The notes beneath the pieces are model-generated. The model saw nothing but the letters and a program-made list of their open reading frames with translations. It was not told the origin of the DNA and did no database searches. 32,000 nt of DNA from Candidatus Fokinia solitaria (GTDB lineage: Bacteria; Pseudomonadota; Alphaproteobacteria; Rickettsiales; Midichloriaceae), in contig NZ_CP025989.1 of the NCBI RefSeq assembly GCF_003072485.1, positions 660,001 through 692,000 of the forward strand, given 5' to 3'. Below are positions 26,067 to 32,000 of the stretch, one piece after another. A program made the translations under genes and the position numbers. Position 1 is the stretch's first letter. The number at the start of each line of letters is the position of its first letter.

Positions 26067-26360
26067 CACGCCATTCTGAGGGATATAAGTGGTGGGAAAA
26101 CAGTTATCTCATACGATAATGGTACTCTGACAATTCGCAGTCATTTCCATCACTACCCTCTTCTACAAACTCAGACTGATACGGTATTTTATGATTATCT
26201 GAGTATTGCAAGTTGTGTTGTGATTATCTAGCATACGCATGCTTTAATTCTCATGTGTAGACATGCCTCTACTGATCTTGTGCTTTGCAGTGTGTGCATC
26301 GCTGATAACTCCCCTTCTTCAAAGCCACGCAATCACGAAAACTGAGATTTCATATAGTGC
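26057..26360 (+). repeat. 304-bp direct repeat, copy 1 (tail + 18-mer + promoter + leader + first about 9 mature codons)
   Basis: It aligns to 26873-27176 at a constant offset of 816 bp with no indels and 9 mismatches by eye (about 97 percent identity). Confidence 0.95.
26206..26234 (+). promoter_or_regulatory. Cassette promoter, copy C
   Basis: TTGCAA (26206-26211), a 17-nt spacer, then TAGCAT (26229-26234), 28 nt before the ATG at 26263. Confidence 0.45.
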
Positions 26361-26862
26361 TTCTGAAGATGCTGCTTCTGAAGAGAAGTTGATTAAGCTG
26401 TACGATGAAGCGATCTCGCTATTAAATCAGCTCATAGAAAGTACCAGGGAACACACTTCACTCCTAGAACAAGATATTGAACTAGAGAAAGTGTTAACGC
26501 TTTGTAAGAAGCGGACAGGACGAGATAACTGGCAGTACTGGTCTAATAATGCCATATATTCTCTTTGCCAAGAAAAACGTGATTCACAAATAGCACTACG
26601 GAAGAAAAAGATTCAGCTGTTGGAGTACTATAAACAAATGTGCCATAAAGAGAAGGAAGTAAGAGAACAAATTCATAACATCTATAGTGCTATGGCTAGC
26701 AACGAAAGAGAAATAGTACGAGAGAAGCGAGCAAAGGCAATCTTTTTGGCAAAGCAGTGGGATAATGAAATCTCGCAACACGATCGGCAAGTTGACTTAT
26801 TAAAGAAAAATATAAAAGAATATGAAACAGAACTACTAAAATATGGTTACGTCTTTGAGTAG
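26263..26862 (+). CDS. Secreted helical protein, family member C
   Basis: 199-aa ORF with the leader MPLLILCFAVCASLITPLLQSHA/ITKTEISYS. The mature part is charged and helical-looking and cannot be aligned by eye to B or D. Confidence 0.75.
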   Translation: MPLLILCFAVCASLITPLLQSHAITKTEISYSASEDAASEEKLIKLYDEAISLLNQLIESTREHTSLLEQDIELEKVLTLCKKRTGRDNWQYWSNNAIYSLCQEKRDSQIALRKKKIQLLEYYKQMCHKEKEVREQIHNIYSAMASNEREIVREKRAKAIFLAKQWDNEISQHDRQVDLLKKNIKEYETELLKYGYVFE

Positions 26863-26872
26863 CTCGTAAACT

Positions 26873-27176
26873 TGTACTATAGCACGCCATTTCGAGGGAT
26901 ATAAGTGGTGGAAAAACAGTTATCTCATACGATAATGGTACTCTGACAACTCGCAGTCATTTCCATCACTACCCTCTTCTATAAACTCAGACTGATACGG
27001 TATTTTATGATTATCTGAGTATTGCAAGTTGCGTTGTGATTATCTAGCATACGCATGTTTTAATTCTCATGTGTAGACATGCCTCTACTGATCTTGTGCT
27101 TTGCAGTGTGTGCATCGCTAATAACTCCCCTTCTTCAAAGCCACGCAATCACGAAAACTGAGATTTCATATAGCGC
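26873..27176 (+). repeat. 304-bp direct repeat, copy 2
   Basis: See copy 1. Identity ends within 3 nt of the same position (tag[t/c]gc), after which C and D coding sequences are unrelated. Confidence 0.95.
27022..27050 (+). promoter_or_regulatory. Cassette promoter, copy D
   Basis: TTGCAA (27022-27027), a 17-nt spacer, then TAGCAT (27045-27050), 28 nt before the ATG at 27079. Confidence 0.45.
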
Positions 27177-27462
27177 CATTGAAAAAAGTGCTTTCGAAGA
27201 TAAAGTACAAAGCTGGGAGAGAAGAATCAGATACTTAAAAAGAGAAGTAGAAGATTTGCGCACCAAAATCTCATATAACACTGCGGGAAAAAAGAAGATT
27301 GAAGGTTTATTATGGGAGATTAGGAGTTTAATGCTTGAGATCGAAGATCTAAGAGCTACCACCTCATATCCTTCTGTTATCTCAGATGAATGCACGCGTT
27401 TAGAAGTAGAGATCAAATGGCTAAAATTCGACTTAGAATGGGAAGTACGATACTTAAAGTAA
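27079..27462 (+). CDS. Secreted coiled-coil protein, family member D
   Basis: 127-aa ORF with a leader identical to C at the protein level. The mature part has an internal repeat (EVEDLRTKISYNT / EIEDLRATTSYPS). A 122-aa antisense ORF is judged a shadow. Confidence 0.7.
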   Translation: MPLLILCFAVCASLITPLLQSHAITKTEISYSAIEKSAFEDKVQSWERRIRYLKREVEDLRTKISYNTAGKKKIEGLLWEIRSLMLEIEDLRATTSYPSVISDECTRLEVEIKWLKFDLEWEVRYLK

Positions 27463-27555
27463 ACTGGTAAAGAGGGTAAAGTAGCAGATTTATGTATTTT
27501 CAAATTATTTAAAGACTGCTATCATCTACTTGGTAAATGAGTGATACGGTATTTT

Positions 27556-28014
27556 ATGAACATATTTCATAATACTTTTACAAGGCTCTTCGCTTCTTTT
27601 GTTTCGCAAGATAAATACGGTAATAAGTACTATACATCAAGGAAATTCTCGAAATACTTCTTAGCTTCATCATCTTCCAGGAGATGGGTGGTGTACTCTA
27701 ATTTTTGGGGAGATTATTTTCGCAATGAATCTACTTCTATCGATAACAGCAATTTCAACTGGCTATACCATAGACAATCATCATCCGCACATAAGGATGA
27801 GACATTACATCACAAATACGATAAAGTATTTCTGAATGATTCAGGCCGCACACCAGCGACTGATGACAACGTAGAAACTTACATTGCGCATTGCAATTCC
27901 AAAGAGTTACCTAATACACCGAATCTTACTGGCACCGTAGCGCGCATGATGCATACTAGCTATGGTTGCAAGAATCGGCTTGTTGATGTAGAGTATTTTC
28001 CTTGGAATTACTAA
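27556..28014 (+). CDS. NADH:ubiquinone oxidoreductase subunit NDUFA12 (B17.2)-like protein
   Basis: The blocks DKYGNKYY, RRWVVY, NWLYH and NLTGT are typical of alphaproteobacterial NDUFA12 homologues. ATG at 27556 is preferred over the GTG at 27541. Confidence 0.75.
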   Translation: MNIFHNTFTRLFASFVSQDKYGNKYYTSRKFSKYFLASSSSRRWVVYSNFWGDYFRNESTSIDNSNFNWLYHRQSSSAHKDETLHHKYDKVFLNDSGRTPATDDNVETYIAHCNSKELPNTPNLTGTVARMMHTSYGCKNRLVDVEYFPWNY

Positions 28015-28032
28015 CACTTATTCCTTTTATCT

Positions 28033-28260
28033 ATGAAAAAACGCATGACTGAAGCATTGCTGCAAAGATTTCCGGACGCAGTCCTTTCGATACAGGAAAT
28101 TGCATGCGATGAGATGCATTATCATATATCAATTCAGACTGCTGAGTTCGTCGGAAAAACACTTCTCGAGCAACATAAGATGGTATATTGCACGATAGGA
28201 GAGTATGTCGGTAACGAAGTGCATGCGGTAAAAATAAAAACTGCATCGCCATCGTATTAA
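28033..28260 (+). CDS. BolA-family protein
   Basis: 75 aa. HYHISIQTAEFVGKTLLEQHKMVY...VHAVKIKTASP matches the BolA pattern (H..v.v.S..F.G...l.rHr.Vy ... iHAl.l.t..P). Confidence 0.8.
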   Translation: MKKRMTEALLQRFPDAVLSIQEIACDEMHYHISIQTAEFVGKTLLEQHKMVYCTIGEYVGNEVHAVKIKTASPSY

Positions 28261-28281
28261 ATATATTTTTATGATTATGTT

Positions 28282-29679
28282 ATGAAAGAGTATGATATAG
28301 TAATCATCGGTAGTGGTCCGGGCGGATATGTTGCCGCAATAAGAGCTGCGCAACTCAAGATGCGAGTGCTGATTGTGGAAAAAGAAGCACTAGGAGGTAT
28401 ATGTCTAAACTGGGGATGCATCCCTACAAAAGCACTCTTAAAATCATCTGAAACTCTTTACCATCTCAAAAAGGCACATTTTTCTGGTATAATAGCGAAA
28501 GATATTTCATTCGATTTACAGAAAATCGTTCAGCAATCAAGAGATGCATCCACTCAATTAAACAGAGGAGTCGGTACTTTACTGAAAAAGAACAATGTAG
28601 AGGTAATTTTTGGACATGCTACTATTAAAACAAAGCATGAATTGCATATATTAGGAAATGATAATAAGGAGTATAACGTTAAAGCAAAGAATATCATAAT
28701 CGCCACTGGTGCATCGGTACGTCAGCTTCCAAATGTACCTATAGACGGTAAAATAGTATGGTCGTACAAAGAAGCAATGACACCTAAAACATTACCACAA
28801 TCATTACTCGTTATAGGGAGTGGCGCTATAGGCATGGAATTTGCAAATTTCTACAGCGTTTTAGGGACGAAAGTCACGATTGCTGAGAAAATGCCACGAA
28901 TAATGCAAACAGAAGATCACGACATTTCCGCGCTCATGCATAAAGCAATGGAAGAACTTGGAATATGTATCAAGACTTCTGCTACTATCGATAAATTTGA
29001 AGTAAAAAACGAAAAAGCATGCGTTACAATCACTACTAATAAAAAGTCAGAAGAAGCTTTCTTTGATAATGTTATTTCTGCAGCTGGAGTTGTACCAAAT
29101 ACTAAAGGTATAGGATTAGAGAATTTAGGTATTCTCTTATCTGACAACGGTAAAATCATCGTGAACAATAAAATGTGCACAAATGTAGATAATGTTTATG
29201 CAATAGGCGATATAAACGATAAACCGTACATGCTTGCTCACAAAGCAAGCCATGAAGGAATTATTTGCGTAGAAGCAATATGTAATATAAATTCACATGA
29301 CTTAGATTATAATGCTATTCCAGCATGCATATACACCACTCCACAAGTCGCAAGTATCGGATATACAGAAGAAGCAGCTAAACAATTGAATTGCAAAATT
29401 GCTGTAAGTAAGTTTCCTTTTATTGGAAATGGAAAAGCTGTAGCAACTCATACTACAAATGGCTTAGTAAAAATTATTACAAATGTCGATACTGGAGAAG
29501 TGCTCGGCGCGCATATGATAGGAGAAAATGTAAGCGAAATGATATGCTGCTTCGGCGTACTAAAAGCGTCAGAAGGGACAGTTAATGAAATACTTTCAAC
29601 AATATTTCCGCATCCTACAATATCAGAAACTATACATGAAGCTGCACTCGGTGTATATAATCGTACAATTCATTTATGA
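28282..29679 (+). CDS. lpdA: Dihydrolipoyl dehydrogenase (E3)
   Basis: 465 aa. It has the FAD-binding GSGPGGYVAAIRAAQL, the redox disulfide CLNWGCIPTK, the NAD-binding GSGAIGMEFA and the C-terminal HPTISE. Confidence 0.95.
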   Translation: MKEYDIVIIGSGPGGYVAAIRAAQLKMRVLIVEKEALGGICLNWGCIPTKALLKSSETLYHLKKAHFSGIIAKDISFDLQKIVQQSRDASTQLNRGVGTLLKKNNVEVIFGHATIKTKHELHILGNDNKEYNVKAKNIIIATGASVRQLPNVPIDGKIVWSYKEAMTPKTLPQSLLVIGSGAIGMEFANFYSVLGTKVTIAEKMPRIMQTEDHDISALMHKAMEELGICIKTSATIDKFEVKNEKACVTITTNKKSEEAFFDNVISAAGVVPNTKGIGLENLGILLSDNGKIIVNNKMCTNVDNVYAIGDINDKPYMLAHKASHEGIICVEAICNINSHDLDYNAIPACIYTTPQVASIGYTEEAAKQLNCKIAVSKFPFIGNGKAVATHTTNGLVKIITNVDTGEVLGAHMIGENVSEMICCFGVLKASEGTVNEILSTIFPHPTISETIHEAALGVYNRTIHL

Positions 29680-29853
29680 TACCGTATCTTTCTGTAATCT
29701 ACGACTCATGAATGTCTAGTTTATGAATACTACGTCAGAAATTAGAAAAGAAAAAAGACTCTCCTTCTATACAGCATTGGTGTAGTAGTGATAATATAGT
29801 CGTTATTTATCATTTCGTTTTATCTCTCTTACAAGAAGGAAAGGCATGCACAA

Positions 29854-31365
29854 ATGATAGAAACAATACGTGAAAAAGCTATGGCATTGAATAGAAATAG
29901 AGAAAATATCGGAAGAGGCAATGATGGCATCAATGCGAACATGCTGTCATTTATAGGTAATCTCTTTATAGGAGTAATTGGTACAAGTATAGTATCATTA
30001 ATAGGAAATAGCATGCGTAGTCTCGGCAAAGCAGAAGTAGGATGCGTGAATGAAGTGGAAGAGTACTTTAAGAGAGTATGCGAGGAGGATGAGCTGCAGA
30101 ATTTAGAGAATAAGAGGGAGAAAGGAGATGATAAAGTGGCAAAGGTAGTGCAAGAAGTGGCGAAGGAAGAAGAGAAGGTAGTGCAAGAAGTGGCGAAGGA
30201 AGAAGAGAAGGTAGTGCAAGAAGTGGCGAAGGAAGAAGAGAAGGTAGTGCAAGAAGTGGTGAAGGAAGAAGAGAAGGTAGTGCAAGAAGGTAAGAAGGAA
30301 GAAGAGAAGGTAGTACAAGTAGGTAAGGAGAGAATAGTAGAGGAAGAGAAGAGGAGAGAAAGATGGGAAGGATTAAGTGAGGAGCAGAAGAAGAAAATGG
30401 AGAAGCTGCAGATCTCAGAAGAAAGCAAGAAAAAAACTATTATTAGAAGGCAGGAGGAGATCAAAGCATATCCAGAGGTAAAAGATTACGACGATAAGAT
30501 GATGTTCATTCGAAAAAAGCTAAGCGAGAAATCGCTTCAATATGAATTACTAGTGAATCAGATAAAACAGAAGAAATTACTAGGAGAGTTAGATTCTATT
30601 CTGGAAATGGAAAAACAAAAGAATGAGAGAGAGTATGAGCAATGGGTAATAAGAGAAGAGAGAAACCGTGATCAGCTGAAACATGTACAAGAGCAGGAAT
30701 TGCCAAAGTTTATAATCACTGAAAACGATAGAAGAGCAATTGTGTGGAAAGAAGCATCGGAAAAGCTTCTTCAAGCAAGTGTAATAGCAGCTCAAGCGTG
30801 GCAAATGGAATTAAAAGGAGATGTAGGAGGAGCTGCTGCACTTCGAAAACAGTATCATTCTCCTCTCATGGAGGATGCTTATAAGATCAGCATGAAATTA
30901 CACGATCTATACAGTATTGCACCGTTTGCTCCTGCTAGATTAGAAGATAAAGATGTTGTGATGAAAGGAGGTACGAGAACAGATTACAGGACTTATACCT
31001 CTCCTAATAATCCAAATGTGTTATTCACTCACAGTTCAAAGAAGTTTTATAATGCATTTAAGGACGTTATACATAAGATACACTTCTGTAAACCTATGAA
31101 AGTAGGAGACTTCAATCCTTCTATATTCGAAGGTGATAGAAAAAAGGAAATAATGGTCGCTCCTATGTGTACTTCTCCTCATTGTTGTCCAGGAACATCA
31201 GAGTTAACTCCTAGAGAGTTTTTTGTCACAGATGATCATTACAACAATGCCGATGTATTTACCCTCTCTACCAATGATATGTTATACACTACATACGACG
31301 GTGTAGTTCATCACAATGGCGGCATCGATTCCTCCATACTTCATACAGATAGCGTTATATCTTAG
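29854..31365 (+). CDS. E/K-rich tandem-repeat protein with N-terminal hydrophobic segment and unknown Cys/His-containing C-terminal domain; putative effector/surface protein
   Basis: 503-aa ORF with a hydrophobic segment MLSFIGNLFIGVIGTSIVSLIGNSM. It has 11-aa repeats VVQEVAKEEEK (three exact copies plus two variants). No family recognised for the C-terminal 200 aa. Confidence 0.75.
   Translation: MIETIREKAMALNRNRENIGRGNDGINANMLSFIGNLFIGVIGTSIVSLIGNSMRSLGKAEVGCVNEVEEYFKRVCEEDELQNLENKREKGDDKVAKVVQEVAKEEEKVVQEVAKEEEKVVQEVAKEEEKVVQEVVKEEEKVVQEGKKEEEKVVQVGKERIVEEEKRRERWEGLSEEQKKKMEKLQISEESKKKTIIRRQEEIKAYPEVKDYDDKMMFIRKKLSEKSLQYELLVNQIKQKKLLGELDSILEMEKQKNEREYEQWVIREERNRDQLKHVQEQELPKFIITENDRRAIVWKEASEKLLQASVIAAQAWQMELKGDVGGAAALRKQYHSPLMEDAYKISMKLHDLYSIAPFAPARLEDKDVVMKGGTRTDYRTYTSPNNPNVLFTHSSKKFYNAFKDVIHKIHFCKPMKVGDFNPSIFEGDRKKEIMVAPMCTSPHCCPGTSELTPREFFVTDDHYNNADVFTLSTNDMLYTTYDGVVHHNGGIDSSILHTDSVIS
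30145..30309 (+). repeat. 33-bp in-frame tandem repeat, 5 full copies (degenerate copies flank it to about 30130-30345)
   Basis: The unit gtagtgcaagaagtggcgaaggaagaagagaag occurs at 30145, 30178 and 30211 (identical). Variants follow at 30244 (1 change) and 30277 (about 4 changes). Confidence 0.95.
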
Positions 31366-31464
31366 TTCGTCCTCGCTTCCAAGTACAGCAGCACGTATTT
31401 GGAAGCTTTCCATCTTACTTCTTCTTAGCTCCTGTTTTCCCTCTCATACTCCATTTATAGAACA

Positions 31465-31701
31465 ATGTTCTTTTCTCTTCTACCTCTTATACTCTTCTTA
31501 CTATTATTTCTCTCTTCTGGCTTATACTTCTCTATAAATGCCGTTCAGAATCCTTTCTACCAACTCTCTCCTTTACTCATAATCCTTCCTTGCATCGCTT
31601 TAAGCTGGATTCTCCATAATGGTACTTCGAAAACTAAACAATCCTCTTTCTTAAATGGCATCGCTAATCATGACATCCTCACGACGTGTATACCAGCTTA
31701 A
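31465..31701 (+). CDS. Hypothetical small hydrophobic protein or 5' remnant of a membrane-transporter gene
   Basis: 78-aa ORF with two hydrophobic helices (LLPLILFLLLFLSSGLYF, LSPLLIILPCIALSWIL). It lies in a CT-rich stretch and overlaps the ftsH stop by 4 nt in convergent orientation. Coding status is uncertain. Confidence 0.25.
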   Translation: MFFSLLPLILFLLLFLSSGLYFSINAVQNPFYQLSPLLIILPCIALSWILHNGTSKTKQSSFLNGIANHDILTTCIPA

Positions 31702-32000
31702 GACTCGTCATTATTTCTAATTTTCTCACCTTTTACTATCATCTTCACTTCTTCTACAGTAAGAGTTTCGTACTTCAGTAGTGCATTTGCTATCAATTCA
31801 AGTTCATCTTTATGTTCTCTAAGAATTCTTTGTGCCACCATTCTCGCACCTTCTATAATAGCTTTTACCTCTTCATCTGCAATTTTTGATATCTCTTCCG
31901 AACAATTACGATAGTATGATTCTTGTTCCTGTACTTTTACATGCCCTATTCTTTCACTCATACCAAAATCTATTACCATTCTTTTAGCAATCTTCGTTAC
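31698..32000 (-). CDS. ftsH: ATP-dependent zinc metalloprotease FtsH, C-terminal part (gene continues beyond the window end)
   Basis: MVIDFGMSERIGHV...SEEISKIADEEVKAIIEGARMVAQRILREHKDELELIANALLKYETLTVEEV matches the FtsH C-terminal helical domain. The frame is open to the window edge. Confidence 0.9.
   Translation of the reverse strand, partial: VTKIAKRMVIDFGMSERIGHVKVQEQESYYRNCSEEISKIADEEVKAIIEGARMVAQRILREHKDELELIANALLKYETLTVEEVKMIVKGEKIRNNDES

Noticed and set aside
23500-27600. Mobile element (IS, integron or genomic island) as the vehicle of the cassette array
   Set aside because: There is no transposase, integrase or recombinase ORF, no terminal inverted repeats and no attC-like structures that I can recognise. 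Tandem duplication with gene conversion explains the structure without one.
29677-29694. tgataccgtatctttctg at the lpdA stop, resembling the 18-bp cassette junction repeat
   Set aside because: Only about 13 of 18 positions match and no cassette sequences flank it. This is compatible with chance in AT-rich DNA.
30145-30309. Possible CRISPR array or other spacer-containing repeat
   Set aside because: The 33-bp units are contiguous with no spacers, in frame inside a long ORF, and no cas genes are present. The 816-bp-period repeats at 26-27 kb are gene-cassette duplications, not CRISPR.
29829-30464. 211-aa minus-strand ORF (and a 71-aa one at 30103-30318) opposite the 33-bp tandem repeats
   Set aside because: It is a shadow frame kept open by the repeat (S/F/T/C-rich nonsense repeats). 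The plus-strand ORF is 503 aa and continues well beyond the repeat.

Overview
This is an AT-rich (roughly one-third G+C by eye), gene-dense bacterial window. The protein set is: UvrD-like helicase end, PhoB-like regulator, YihY, Ffh, MurA, RNase P protein and RNA, PdhA, S16, tRNA-Leu, RlmN, ParB, NAD kinase, Lon, FtsB-like, L22, RecJ, DnaK, NDUFA12-like, BolA, LpdA and FtsH end. It looks like a reduced alphaproteobacterial, Rickettsiales-like intracellular genome; that taxon call is inference only. No transposase, integrase, phage gene, CRISPR array or rRNA was seen. Four accessory patches interrupt the housekeeping backbone. (1) At 23.5-27.6 kb, four tandem genes share one promoter plus signal-peptide module but carry unrelated mature regions. 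Two of them sit in a 304-bp direct repeat, and 18-bp junction repeats include the start codon of the neighbouring NDUFA12-like gene. (2) At 9880-10425, a signal-peptide protein matches the bacterial RNase A-like (CdiA-CT type) toxin domain as I remember it. It overlaps the murA start by 4 nt and has no adjacent immunity candidate. (3) At 29854-31365, an E/K-rich protein contains five or more perfect or near-perfect 33-bp tandem repeats. (4) At 2286-5147, a 953-aa K/E/Q-rich orphan protein has a single TM helix. Other oddities: rnpA and rnpB are adjacent at the end of a tightly packed co-oriented run that begins with tRNA-Leu. MurA has Asp at the fosfomycin-target Cys position. An L22 gene lies outside any ribosomal operon. 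All domain calls were made by eye and from memory; no searches were run.
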